DNA of 64,000 nt from Eledone cirrhosa (lineage: Eukaryota): the NCBI GenBank assembly GCA_964016885.1, contig OZ024750.1, positions 11,160,001 through 11,224,000 of the forward strand. The letters are read 5' to 3'. The position numbers and the translations under genes are program-made. Below the pieces are notes generated by a model, which was not told the origin of the DNA, made no database searches, and saw only the letters and a program-made list of their open reading frames with translations. Shown here in pieces: positions 1 through 13,460 of the stretch. How positions within the stretch are numbered: the stretch's first letter is position 1; each line of letters begins with the position of its first letter.

Positions 1-52
1 CTGAGCTGCATGTTTTATGTCGGAGTTATCCCAGTTTCCTGAGTTGTCTTCT

Positions 53-170
53 TCTAGCTGTCGAAACGGCAAGAGCTCAGCCGTCTTTCTAATATAACCG
101 CACTCTACCATCCCAAGTATCAAGTACACTGTTGAATAATGGTCTATCTTGTGTTATACTGATTTAATCC
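53..170 (+). mobile_element. Family-A PLE-like non-autonomous element fragment (3' half of hammerhead plus tail)
   Basis: GAAA-CGGC-aagagctca-GCCG-TC (stem III + GUC), then cactctaccatcccaagtatcaagtac, homologous to copies at 21.0, 30.6, 57.9 and 61.7 kb; no CUGANGA. Confidence 0.6.
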
Positions 171-171
171 T

Positions 172-207
<36 letters not shown>

Positions 208-735
208 CACATACATACATACACACACATATACAGAGAGATTAAGTGAACGGTTCGTGTTTATATGTGAACGTGCATACATACTTGTTATTTGTTATCT
301 TATCCAATCACACAATCATAGTATCTTTTAACCTGTAGACATAAACCTCTCTACAGAAAAATAGGCTACTGTGTTACGGTTCCACCATCATAAAGCTTCT
401 CTGTTCTGGCTGACAAACAAATACAAATATTTTTATCAGTCAACACTTTACTGCAGATAACGCTTTACATTAATACACCATATGGATATCTTTTTGTATA
501 TTTGTCAATGTGTATATGTTGGATATATGAATATGGGTGTATATGACCGTGTGATGCGATCATATGAGAGAATGTGTGTACAAATAAGAATGCATACATG
601 TAGGGCTTTTACATCTCATCGATTGCCGATATTTTGAAATATATTCCGATCGGCTATGCTAGTAATCTCCATTTGTTCTGTAGCCTACAAGTGTATGTTA
701 CAATATTGCAAATACGAATGGCATCAAAGTATCAC

Positions 736-771
<36 letters not shown>

Positions 772-989
772 GATATCTACATTTAAAAATAAATGAAATA
801 TTGAATGTTGACTGACAGTTTGCAGATATGGCTAACCAATAAATTTCTAAGTTCGTTTCCATGACAAAATGACACGTGGTTATTTACTTTCGGGATGCAT
901 ACATTTAAAATTTCACATCATCCAACTGTTTCTAGCTGCAGGCGTAAAATCATCTCAACCAAATATGAGGTCACAACTGTTTAGCGCAG

Positions 990-1899
990 TTATTAAAGCA
1001 ATTTTATTAATATAATTTAAAATGCTATTAAACCAATTTTACTAATATAATTTAAAATGCTATTAAACCAATTTTACTAATATAATTTAAAATGCTATTA
1101 AACCAATTTTACTAATATAATTTAAAATGCTATTAAACCAATTTTACTAATATAATTTAAAATGCTATTAAACCAATTTTATTAATATAATTTAAAATGC
1201 TATTAAACCAATTTTACTAATATAATTTAAAATGCTATTAAACCAATTTTATTAATATAATTTAAAATGCTATTAAACCAATTTTACTAATATAATTTAA
1301 AATGCTATTAAACCAATTTTACTAATATAATTTAAAATGCTATTAAACCAATTTTACTAATATAATTTAAAATGCTATTAAACCAATTTTACTAATATAA
1401 TTTAAAATGCTATTAAACCAATTTTACTAATATAATTTAAAATGCTATTAAACCAATTTTACTAATATAATTTAAAATGCTATTAAACCAATTTTATTAA
1501 TATAATTTAAAATGCTATTAAACCAATTTTACTAATATAATTTAAAATGCTATTAAACCAATTTTATTAATATAATTTAAAATGCTATTAAACCAATTTT
1601 ATTAATATAATTTAAAATGCTATTAAACCAATTTTACTAATATAATTTAAAATGCTATTAAACCAATTTTATTAATATAATTTAAAATGCTATTAAACCA
1701 ATTTTATTAATATAATTTAAAATGCTATTAAACCAATTTTACTAATATAATTTAAAATGCTATTAAACCAATTTTATTAATATAATTTAAAATGCTATTA
1801 AACCAATTTTATTAATATAATTTAAAATGCTATTAAACCAATTTTACTAATATAATTTAAAATGCTATTAAACCAATTTTACTAATATAATTTAAAATG
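990..1899. repeat. 35-bp minisatellite, about 26 copies
   Basis: Unit ATTTTA(C/T)TAATATAATTTAAAATGCTATTAAACCA, period 35 (e.g. 1021, 1056). Confidence 0.97.
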
Positions 1900-1938
1900 T
1901 CTTCAACCTAAACTTTGATTATCTATAACCGTATAAAC

Positions 1939-2218
1939 CAGGCAACCTTTTTCGAGAAGCGGACCGCATGAGATATGGCTCATCATCAGGTAGGCCGCAA
2001 GCCCTAATTTACATTCGTGCCCACATTAAAAAAAGGGCGGTAATTCAGGTTGTTTTGATTTGTTTCTTCAGAATTTGTACACGTTTTCCTCGATCATAAA
2101 AATGATAGAAAGATAAATTACGACTGAAAAGTTGGGGTAAAAAGAATCCAAGATTTCACTCAGGTGACTTAGGCAAGCCATTCAGAAAGCTTCGTAGGGT
2201 GCAGGTTGCCCATGACTG
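1939..2218. mobile_element. hAT-type MITE
   Basis: 8-bp TSD GTATAAAC at 1931-1938 and 2219-2226; right end AGGTTGCCCATGACTG, left end CAGGCAACCT (partly deleted TIR). Confidence 0.75.
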
Positions 2219-2929
2219 GTATAAACCAACCTAAAATTCAGGAATTTTCCTCATGTTATACACAATCACTTTAAATATGTTTATTAAGCTTTCTGTAGGT
2301 CAAACAGAACATTGAATCACACAATTAGGAAGTGTACATTTTAACAAACGTACTTTAAAATGTCTCATATATATATATATATATATCTTTAAAATGTCTC
2401 ATATATATATATATATCTATATGATTCGGTTTATCCGCTAACGAGCAAATATTTCAAAACTATATTCTCTCTTTTACGATGCATTTTTCCAATCTATTAT
2501 TTCCAAGGAAATATATGTATAACGACCTCTTTCAGAAAATAGTTAATCATTGAAATATGAACATAAGTTGGTATAATACTTTGCATAGCTTTAAAGTAGC
2601 CCCAAGCATTATATTTTTTCTGTTATTGATTTTTAAAATAATACCTGCAACATAGATATCATATTCTTATAACGAGTACTATAAAAAATAATCTAAACGA
2701 CACTACAACCAATTTCACCCAATCTTAAATAATCTTAACAATAAGGGTCTGATGTCTACTGTTCTAATCAATTATGTTTGTACTAAACTGTTTTGGAACT
2801 TGAAATTCCAACTTCCTGAAAAAGTTGCAGAACCTAACTGTCTACTATTTATTTAAATGTTCGGTACAATCATCTCACCAGTTTTTTATGACATAATTCC
2901 AGATGTAGAATTACTTCTATCTAGGGCGA

Positions 2930-3410
2930 GTAAAATTCACGAGATCCATGGACGAGTTCTCTCCAGCGGTCTCTGTCCCTCGTTATCGCTGCCATGTCCT
3001 GCGTCACCAGCAGACCAGTGTCTGTCCTTAGGGCATCAACATATGTTAACCTCGATCTTCCTCTTCCAGTGTGTCGATGCAGGATTCCCACAGGAGCTCT
3101 GAGTGCAGTTGTCGGTGAGCATGTCCAGCTAACCTCAGTCTCCTCTGTGCCACTTTCGAGCTGACTTTTGTGAGGCTCTCGTACAGCTCTGAGTTCTACA
3201 TCCTCAGTGTATACTGATTAATGCTCAGAGCCATCCTCAGCATTCTCGTGTAGCACCCATCTACCATCTGAGGGAGTTTCTTGGTCAGTGTCCAAGTCTC
3301 AGGCCCGTACAGCAGCACAGACTCCACTACAGCAACGAAGAGACGGATCTTCAGGTCTTTACGCAGGTCCGATCTCAAGCTGTGGCAAGCCGCCCAGGCT
3401 TTGCTCTTCT
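2930..3410 (-). mobile_element. RTE-clade LINE 3' fragment (pseudogenised RT C-terminus)
   Basis: ORF 3196-3378: LKIRLFVAVVESVLLYGPETWTLTKK...DGCYTRMLRMAL, the typical post-RT LLYG.ETW motif. Confidence 0.85.
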
Positions 3411-4434
3411 ATATCTACGTATATTTGCGATTGCATAATGAAAACATTCCATTCAATATGAATAAACTGATCAATGCAAAACCGTACATTGAAAACAAAA
3501 GCCATACAGTCTATTTGTGATCGTCATAGCTGAGGACACTTTATATATAGATGATCTGACATAGTATTTTCTTGAAACTAATTAATACATACGTGGTCGA
3601 TAAAATAAAGTACCAGCAAGCACTGTTGTTGATTTAATTGACTCACCCCTCCCTTCTAATTGCTGACATTGTGCCTAAAGTAGAAAAACATATTTTTAGC
3701 GAAAATTTAGGTATATATAAAGTTTTGAACATTCCACACAGACAAAGTAAAATGTTTCTTTTCTAAGGTATTCAAATCATTTAAAATTCAAGTTTTATTA
3801 AATGCATTTAGATATTCAATTATATTTAGATTTTAAATTTAATATTTTAATCGTTCTATTTTACTAAATAATTAATATATTTAAATAATTCATATTTGAA
3901 TAAGTTTGAAATGTGTGAATCTACATATATAATTCCGAAAAGCATGCAAAAAAATTTGAGGGAAATCCTGTTACTCATATCCAGATCTTAATTGGAATGA
4001 AGGCCACGTACTTCATCTAATCGACGCCTACTTTCATCTTCCACCTTTTCAATTCCTCAATTTGCATTACTTGCATCCACAACCTTTTCTTTCATTCTTC
4101 TTATCTGTTCTTATTCATTCACATATAATCCCGTCCACACACCATTAAATTATCCTCCCATTAGCTGGATCATTTTCTATCACTCGTTCCTTTTGCGATC
4201 CTTTTTTTTTCTTTATCAATTACCACATACATTTACATTATTTTTTATACATCATTCTTCTCATCTAAGCCATCACTTCTTTTATTTCTAAAGTTCCAGA
4301 TATATTCTCTGGAAAAAAAGAAAGCGGAAATCAATCTTCAGTGTCATTCTCACTTTTTTACACTCTTTTCCCATGACATTCTTTCTTTCACTGACTATCA
4401 GTAACCCGTTCAGATATTTCCATTTCAGCCCGAT

Positions 4435-4465
<31 letters not shown>

Positions 4466-4757
4466 GGCACTTTCGATACTTTTGTTCATCACTAGACTGC
4501 ATGCGGTGTGCATCTCTAATAAATATTATATATATATATATATTATATATATACTCACAACAATATATACACACACACAATATATATATATATATATGGC
4601 ACGGGAATTGTAAAACCGATACCCACCCACCCCACACACACACACACCCGAGGAAACAAAAGCTGAATCACTTTCGACATATTCTAAGGAAACAATTGTA
4701 ACTGTTTTTAAGAGTGAATTCTACTTTAATTTTTATTACTACGATTGCTCAATCATA

Positions 4758-4788
<31 letters not shown>

Positions 4789-4809
4789 AATATACATACA
4801 TACATATAT

Positions 4810-5056
4810 CATGGCTGCCCCCTCGTTATCGAATATGGCCATTGCACGATTTAACATTATTAATAGTTATTAATTAATGCTATCGTGCAATGCCTGTGCG
4901 TGAAGATTGTGCGTGAAGACTGTGCACTGAGCCAATCCCACTCTCTGAGCGACAGTAGCTATAACCCGAAAAGAAGAAAAGATCAACATCATCGGTAACT
5001 ACTGAGCTGCAGGTTTTATATCGGAGTTATCCCAGTTTCCCGAGTTGCCTTCTCCT
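4810..5056. mobile_element. Interspersed repeat (SINE/LINE-derived), second copy at 1-52
   Basis: ctgagctgca.gttttat.tcggagttatcccagtttcc.gagttg.cttc shared between about 5002-5053 and 1-52. Confidence 0.5.
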
Positions 5057-5186
5057 ATACATATATACATATACACACTTATGTATATACACTCACATAC
5101 ATATAAAAGTATATTTATGAGTGAAAGTGAATTATAACTTTTTTCTGTCCACACAAATGAACATAAATACACACACACACACACAG

Positions 5187-5236
<50 letters not shown>

Positions 5237-5249
5237 TTAATATAGATGA

Positions 5250-5298
5250 GATTCTACAGGACTAGAACTGTTTCATTCATTAGAAATCATCAGGAATC
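5250..5298 (-). ncRNA. Type I hammerhead ribozyme motif
   Basis: Minus strand: GATTC-CTGATGA-TTTC taat GAAT-GAAA-CAG ttctagtc CTG-TA-GAATC (stem I 5 bp, stem III 4 bp, GUA site). Confidence 0.85.
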
Positions 5299-5301
5299 CC
5301 T

Positions 5302-5350
5302 GATTCCTGATGATTTCTAATGAATGAAACAGTTCTAGTCCTGTAGAACC
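5302..5350 (+). ncRNA. Type I hammerhead ribozyme motif
   Basis: Same motif on plus strand: CTGATGA 5307-5313, GAAA 5326-5329, GTA 5343-5345; 9-bp duplication (cctgtagaa) at the 3' arm. Confidence 0.8.
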
Positions 5351-5442
5351 TGTAGAATCTCATCTATATTAAAACTTTTATACTCTGCTATGTATTGAGT
5401 ACCTTACTTACTGTGGTTACCTCCGATTCAACCCGGAATAAC

Positions 5443-5489
<47 letters not shown>

Positions 5490-5675
5490 CGTGTGTATGT
5501 GTTTCTTTTTGTGTAGAGTGTTTATATCAATACATAGGAAGTGAACCGCCGGGACGAAGAACAGCTAGAATTCAAACAATTTATTTACTAAATAAATTCT
5601 GTTTGATAGTACCAACACATCATTTGTGTGTGGAGCGCGTCAGCGTGTACCTGATGCTGTGACAGAGATATATAT

Positions 5676-6690
5676 AGCGAAAGTGAAATAGAGAGAGGCT
5701 GACGAAATAGAGAGAGGCTGGCGAAATAGAGAGAAGCTGACGAAATAGAGAGAGGCTGACGAAATAGAGAGAAGCTGGCGAAATAGAGAGAAGCTGGCGA
5801 AATAGAGAGAAGCTGACGAAATAGAGAGAGGCTGACGAAATAGAGAGAAGCTGGCGAAATAGAGAGAAGCTGGCGAAATAGAGAGAAGCTGACGAAATAG
5901 AGAGAAGCTGACGAAATAGAGAGAAGCTGACGAAATAGAGAGAAGCTGACGAAATAGAGAGAAGCTGACGAAATAGAGAGAAGCTGACGAAATAGAGAGA
6001 AGCTGACGAAATAGAGAGAGGCTGACGAAATAGAGAGAAGCTGACGAAATAGAGAGAGGCTGGCGAAATAGAGAGAGGCTGACGAAATAGAGAGAAGCTG
6101 ACGAAATAGAGAGAAGCTGACGAAATAGAGAGAAGCTGACGAAATAGAGAGAAGCTGACGAAATAGAGAGAGGCTGGCGAAATAGAGAGAGGCTGGCGAA
6201 ATAGAGAGAGGCTGACGAAATAGAGAGAAGCTGGCGAAATAGAGAGAGGCTGACGAAATAGAGAGAGGCTGACGAAATAGAGAGAGGCTGACGAAATAGA
6301 GAGAGGCTGACGAAATAGAGAGAAGCTGACGAAATAGAGAGAAGCTGGCGAAATAGAGAGAGGCTGACGAAATAGAGAGAGGCTGACGAAATAGAGAGAG
6401 GCTGACGAAATAGAGAGAGGCTGACGAAATAGAGAGAAGCTGACGAAATAGAGAGAAGCTGGCGAAATAGAGAGAGGCTGACGAAATAGAGAGAGGCTGA
6501 CGAAATAGAGAGAGGCTGACGAAATAGAGAGAGGCTGACGAAATAGAGAGAGGCTGACGAAATAGAGAGAGGCTGACGAAATAGAGAGAAGCTGACGAAA
6601 TAGAGAGAAGCTGACGAAATAGAGAGAGGCTGACGAAATAGAGAGAGGCTGACGAAATAGAGAGAAGCTGACGAAATAGAGAGAGGTTGA
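5676..6690. repeat. 19-bp minisatellite, about 53 copies
   Basis: Unit GCTG(A/G)CGAAATAGAGAGA(A/G); explains ORF 5640-6770. Confidence 0.97.
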
Positions 6691-7022
6691 AGAAGTCCGA
6701 GATAAAAGTTGTGGTAGATAGGTAGCGTGGTTGAATTAGAGGTAGTTGGAGATGTATGCATTATAAACACAAAATACTAACAAATACAATTCCGTATGCT
6801 AACACGAAATCACATACGCACATATTTGTGTCCAGACATTCACACAAATATATACTTATTCAAAAGTTCCTTTGGATAATGTTTTCGCTGGTTGAGCTTG
6901 AAAAAAAAATATTAGCATAACTTTTTCCCTTAAAGCTACTCGTGTGATTATGTTTATGTATATACATATACATAAATATACATACATATACATACATACA
7001 TATATATACATACATACACAAT

Positions 7023-7060
<38 letters not shown>

Positions 7061-7124
7061 CTTATATACACACATTTATATGCATATGTAGAGATGGATA
7101 GATAGAAAGAATGTTAGATAATTA

Positions 7125-7330
7125 TGTGTGTGAGTGCGTGTGTTGTGTGAGTGAGTATGTTTGTGTGTGAGTGAGTATGTTTGTGTGTGAGTGAGTATGT
7201 TTGTGTGTGAATGAGTATGTTTGTGTGTGAGTGTGTATGTTTGTGTGTGAGTGTGTATGTTTGTGGGTGTATGAGTGAGTGTGTGAGAGTGTGAATGTTT
7301 GTGTGTGTGAGAGAGAGTATGTGTTTGTGT
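7125..7330. repeat. GT-rich 20-bp tandem repeat
   Basis: gtgagtatgtttgtgtgtga repeated about 7 times, then decaying. Confidence 0.85.
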
Positions 7331-8140
7331 GAACGTGGAATCGTTGACTTTTCCTAATTTGATTGATTTGTGTTGAATTGAAATATCAGGAATACGTGTC
7401 TAAAATACCAACTGTCTATCTCTCTTCCACAAGCAGACTGTAGGAATCAAACTGATCTGCCTGACACACAATAAATATGCTGAATACTTCCCAATTATGA
7501 TTGCTTCAATGAATATCGCAGCTCTAATAGAAATACAAAATCCTTGTTCAAATCAATTTATGTTCTTTGTTTTGGATTGATTCTTTTCTTGGGTATTACA
7601 TACGGAAGCTTTTAGTTTTTTAGTGAAAGATGAGGTGTCTAGTATGTGTTTTTATGTTGTTTTGTCAAAGGCTATGAAAATGAAGCCAAATATTGGAGAC
7701 ATGTTGTGTAATAGATTGATAGAGAATCGGATAGCCATGACGGTGACGTACACGAAGAGGATATTAGATATTAAATCAGATTTAGGAGTAATCTTATGCG
7801 TAGAGTATCTCAAACACACAAATGGACGCACATACCCACGCATATATATATATATGTATGTGTGTAACAATGAAAGTAAAAGGCGACTTAATCACGAAGT
7901 GGTTAATTCGTTCGTAAAGAATAGCAAATATTGTAGGGAAAACCTTAAAACTTATGGAACCCTAAAGATAATTTAATCATAAATTGATAAAATCTAAAGG
8001 CTATCGTTCAGTACACTAACGCGCGCGCGTGCTTACGCGTACGTCAATACTTATCTTTTTGCATTTCTTTGAGGGTTCTAAACCCCACTATCAGGCTAAA
8101 ATTTCTTTAGTCAAAAATACGGCAAAAGCTTCTATTTCTA

Positions 8141-8240
<100 letters not shown>

Positions 8241-8821
8241 GTACATTTATCTGTACAAACTAGAGCAAAATTACATAATATATGTAATGGAATACATTTA
8301 TTTATTCGAAACATGTGCTTCTCTCTATCGCCTCTAGCTTCTCTTATGCTCGTAATCGTGGCCACAATATTTTGTAGGAAACTGAAGGACGATATAGAAG
8401 CAATAGCATCATCATCTACAAATAAACTGAAGTGTTTGCATTTAAAAATATAAATCACATTTATACGATCGTTTATGTTTATGCTTTTATTCGGATGTTT
8501 ATAGTTCAATACTTGACGCAGAGTCTATTACGAGATTTAAAATATTAAATAACACAGAAGCTCACATGTTTCATGACCTACTAACATTTATTTGTATATG
8601 GTAATTTGACCAAAATTACTGCTATTGCTAAGTACTGTTTTGAGCCGTTTAGCACACAATGTCACTAATAGGAATAAATGGTGTATTCTGCTGGAATTAC
8701 TGGCAGTCATTTTAACAATAATTCTAACAGTGTGCATTTTGACACAACAGCTTTTCTGTTATTTTCCATTCCATAAGTTTCAGTGAGACGTTTGTATATA
8801 TTGAAAGAAAGCGTATATATA

Positions 8822-9096
8822 CAGGGTGAGCCAGAATTCATGACTCATTTGATTATTAATTGCTTCCATTACTCTGCAGACTTCAGTGATGTTGCCTGTT
8901 TTAGCAAATAATCTCACAGATTGAACACGTTTTTCCAAGCTTAGCAAAGGATGTGCCATGAATAATCAAATTTAGAAAAAAAAAAAGAAAAAAAAAAACC
9001 TGTGAGGCATATTAAGAAATAAAATAAATTAAAACAATACAATAAAATAAGCATGTTAAGAAATATAGCTAACAAGCGAGTCGTGAATTCTGGCCC

Positions 9097-9102
<6 letters not shown>
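8822..9102. mobile_element. Tc1/mariner-type MITE
   Basis: TIRs CAGGGTGAGCCAGAATTCATGACTC / GAGTCGTGAATTCTGGCCCACCCT, flanked by TA. Confidence 0.8.
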
Positions 9103-9148
<46 letters not shown>

Positions 9149-9187
9149 CAGATCAACTATATTTCAAGCTGTTGATGTACATAGATA

Positions 9188-9372
9188 ATAATTGTTTCTA
9201 CTTTTGGCACAAGACCAGCAATTACCCAGTACATGACTGGTACTTTTATTTTATTGACCCCGTAAGGATGAAAGGCAAAGTAAACCTCGGCGGGATTTGA
9301 ACTCAGACCGTAAAGGGACGTAACTATGCTGGAAAGCATGGCGTCCGACTCTCTACGAATACTGCCAATCCT
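9188..9372 (-). mobile_element. tRNA-derived SINE (family 1)
   Basis: Reverse complement of TTGGCAGTATCGGTAGAG (A-box-like) ... GAGTTCAAATCC (B-box) ... GCCTTTCATCCTTACGGGGTC.ATAAAATAAAGTACCAG ... AAGTAGAAACAATTATT. Confidence 0.9.
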
Positions 9373-9676
9373 CCATAGATAATAATGTTGCATTATGTTT
9401 CTGTTTCAGTAGAAGGAAAGCTTTCCTTCTTTACACTTAAATCTCTCAATTTGGAGATGTACGCTATCGAGTAAGAGTATTTCGAGGACCCTTCAGAGGA
9501 ACCCCATTTCGGCCGCTTCTATTTGCGATAGTTTTCTTTCGGTAATTACCCAAGATTCATGGCCATAGTTAAGGGTTGGCACGAATACCGAATTGAAGAT
9601 AGCGAGTTTGGATTTTACGCCTACTTCCCTTATTCTGATGACCGAATGCTGAAGCAGGTCAATTATTGCATCTGAT

Positions 9677-9857
9677 TGTGTAAATGTGTGTGGTCATATG
9701 TGTGTATGTTGGTGTCTAGATATGTGTAAATGTGTGTGGTCATATGTGTGTATGTTGCTGTCTAGATATGTGTAAATGTGTGTATGTTGCTGTCTAGATA
9801 TGTGTAAATGTGTGTGGTCATATGTGTGTATGTTGGTGTCTAGATATGTGTAAATGT
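9677..9857. repeat. About 46-bp tandem repeat, about 4 copies
   Basis: tgtgtaaatgtgtgtggtcatatgtgtgtatgttg(g/c)tgtctagata. Confidence 0.85.
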
Positions 9858-10003
9858 ATCTCTATAGAAATAGATTTATAGATCTTCCACGTCTTCTTTT
9901 GTAAGAATTTCAAAAGCTACAGTTAAATTCATGACATATGTATATATTAGTTATGTGCTTCTCACTGTCGCACTATATATATATGCACATACACACACCA
10001 CAC

Positions 10004-10108
<105 letters not shown>

Positions 10109-10509
10109 TATATATATATGCATATGTATATATATATATACATATATACACACATATATGTGTGTATTATGCGTGAATGCGTTGGAAGCTTTATATTTAG
10201 CCCAGTGAAAGGTGATCTGTATTATTCTGTAAAGTGGACACTTGATTTATGTTTCACTCACTTTCTAATAAGTGAATTCTAAAAGTAAAATAAGTTCAGA
10301 ATATTTACTACTAGATAAATCTTTGAATAAAGAATTTGGAAAGAGTTCTTTATTTGTTTTTATTCCACTGGTTTGAGAATAGTTCAAGATAAAATTGGGT
10401 TACTTTTTGACATATATATTCTCACGTAGTTCATGTTCGAATGTCTTACTGATTATCTTGATCTCCAAACAACTTCCAAAGCTTCTCTTCCTAAACTATA
10501 TCCTAAAAC

Positions 10510-10925
10510 TTCTAAATCCTGAGAGGGCCGTGGGACAGAGTCCTCAATCAATCCTTCCAGCAAGCCATGTCAGAAGCAACCGACACCAACTGAGACCAGT
10601 CAAGCTCATGGATGTTATCCAACTTTCTTGCTTGGAGTCTAACTCTGGGTCCCCTGCCAGTTGGTTTTGCTCGTAAAATCTGTCCAGTGATTCTTTCCTG
10701 AGACATTCTAACCACATGCCCCCTATAGTATCGGAGATGTGATCTCTCAACTCGGTGAAATAGTGGCTATAGCTGGAGTGACTCTCTGATATCCGAGCTA
10801 CGAACTCTATCGAGTAACGTTACTCCAAAGACCCTTCTGAGGTTGATAGGGACATTTTTAATTCAACCACTGCATCACTATTTAAATCATCCAAAACATG
10901 TCTTTAAACAATGAACAAAGCTCAT
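10510..10925 (-). mobile_element. RTE-like LINE 3' fragment or non-autonomous derivative
   Basis: Minus strand encodes a degenerate RSQLR.YGHVVRMSQER..WITSMSL; shares about 400 bp incl. flank attcaaccactgcat.actatttaaatcatccaaaaca with 34075-34501. Confidence 0.7.
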
Positions 10926-12435
10926 TTATTTCCATCCTAAATACAATAATATCTATTTCAAAACCACGTGTTAAAATAATAATGTCTGACAGTAAATACA
11001 AAAGTTAAAGATTGCAGGTGACATTTCAACCCCCCGACTGTTTTATATATAGAAATGTTTTGGTCTGTATATCAGTCCATAATATTTCGATTCTATTCCA
11101 CCATACATGTTTACTTGGGTATTGGAACAGTACAATATATATTCCACATTAATTTGCTCAGATGTCGTCAATAGATAGCATATCAGATCATTTGAAAATA
11201 TTCTGCGTGCTATAACATTCCTCCAGAAAGCGTTTATCATTGAAATAATTAATTTAATAATGAAGGAATTATGAGCGTCAGTGCTTGAAACTTTCTACTC
11301 GCTATATTGTTTTAATCCTTACAGCTCTTTATTTTACCGCTAATTACGTTAATAAACACCAAGGATCAACAAATCCCCGATATCATTTGATTTTACATAT
11401 CAATATATCTACGTAGGAACATGTGCGATCCGGATTTCATATCGTGTTGCGCTAATGCAAGTAGCATATTTTTGCTAGCAAATTCAATTAATCAGAAATG
11501 TAGGAACAGATGCCATTTTTTATGTGATAATCCAATAAAAAATATCTACAATATTGGAGCTCTTTAGGTTATGCCTGAAGAGAATCTGTCTTTTGTATTT
11601 CCACAGATACGTGTATAGCTGCAAAAAAAAATTACAGTGGATATAAATGTATATTGGTTTGTTCATATATTTTTATATTTACACTGTGTCTGTCGGCAAT
11701 GATTTAGGAATGTTATGAATAACGAGTGATATGCGATTTCTGTAATATTTTATAGTGGCAATTATGCAGGACTGTATAATATGATCTCTATTATATAGGA
11801 ATGTATAATATAATATCCATATTTCATAAGAAAATAAAGTGATGCTTATTAAATTCAATATTGAAATAGTCAATATTGTATATTTTCAGAGTCACAATAT
11901 ATTTTGTTAATGTTTATTTTATTCTGCCACGGAAATATTTTTTTCCTACTGTGTTTCAAATTTACTGACAATTTGTGTTGGACTGTCTATGCCTATTTAT
12001 AGTAAATGTTCAGATCACACATCTCGAGTGGTAGTCAAGTCACGTATCTGTAACACACAGAATTAGTTTAAATGGTGTATACTAAAATATCTTATTCCTT
12101 ACCTTTCTATTAAGGGTTCAAATCCCATCAGGGAATGCAACATTTTTACTGATTTTTTGGCCTATAACGTGCTTTGAATTTTATATAAAAACCACCGAAA
12201 ACAATAAACTGAACAAATAACTGTTTTACATATGTGTTTTGTACAAGCTTATTTAATTATCTTTGAATCAGATAATTCATAGAATGTTTGATTGCTTATG
12301 TTCTTTAGAATACAAAATTTTCTTTCTGTGTGAACTAACTAAAGAACAAAACTTAAAACGTTATTCAGATGCACGTTCAGAGTGTATGATCTAACTTCCA
12401 TTTAGTATTAGTTGTACATAGACGATCTCTCACGC

Positions 12436-12526
<91 letters not shown>

Positions 12527-13119
12527 TATATATTGTGTGAAGTATGTCTAATTTATTTATTTATATATATATATATATAACAGACTGTACCTATCAGCTG
12601 AATCTAAATCCTTCCACCTAAAACTGGAAGAGAGCTTGTGCATTCCGTTTGACATTTCTGAAGGAATATCTATCTAATGGGGAATCAAACAGAGCAAGAC
12701 GGTTAACAAAATGCTAAATCTATAAATTCCATTCCTTTCGTGTAAAATGCATACCTGACGTTTCTTTCATTTTCCTTTACGTCTAGCTTTTTTTTTTTTA
12801 TTATGCATCAAACACGAAGCATTCATATTTTGGTATTTAAATTTCAACTAGAGTTATATGTAAGTAATGACCTAGCATTTCAACCCAGCGGTAATGAATA
12901 ATATACGTAATGGGAATTATTCAAAACATTTTTAGAATAAGTTAATGTATTTTGTTTTTAGTTCTCAAAACTAGCTACCTTTGTAACTGCTGTTATTGCA
13001 GTTTTTGATTAGCTGAATATTAACATTGATTAACCAGACTTATGATCAAAGACGTCTCAAATGTATCCACTAGGTCTTTTATTTTTTTTTCCATGTAGCC
13101 AAAGTTTATGTCTAGCAAC

Positions 13120-13460
13120 ATATGATGAAATACATCCTTTCATATTTATCATAAGGTGCGAACTGCCATAAATATATGAGTTTGGTACAATAGTTATTGA
13201 AGCAAACATTTCCCATCACATGTCTAACTTTAGGCACCCTAAATGGAATACCATGAGCAAAACAATTATGGCAGTTAAAAGATAAAGGAGACCCCATAAA
13301 ATAAAATGGAGAATTACAGTCCAGCCCATATATCAATAGAACAAAGAGATATTCCCTCTGCCTCAATAAAAACTTCAGGACCCTACAGGTTTTGAATTCA
13401 TCGAAAAAATACCTAATCTCAGAGTACGAGATTTTCAATGGCTGCTTACATCTCTTTGGC
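13120..13460 (+). pseudogene. Penelope-like element GIY-YIG endonuclease remnant (frameshifted)
   Basis: Across frames: HHMSNFRHPKWNTMSK / QLWQLKDKG / IKWRI / PYINRTKRYSLCLNK / YLISEYEIFNGCLH, resembling the PLE C-terminal H.S.F...LSK.IW.LK..W.I..PY....C.LCL.E...LN..E....C.H pattern. Confidence 0.75.

Larger units (their letters stand above)
5234..5445. mobile_element. Fold-back PLE-like mini-element with two hammerheads, within (TA)n
   Basis: Inverted arms 5234-5298 and 5302-5375, unique tail to 5445; tail recurs inverted at 57265-57335; (TA)n on both sides. Confidence 0.8.

Noticed and set aside
5640-6770. 376-aa ORF
   Set aside because: Translation of the 19-bp satellite
9630-9670. Isolated CTGANGA words (also near 3529, 18402, 35465 minus, 63747)
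   Set aside because: No stem II plus GAAA plus NUH arrangement
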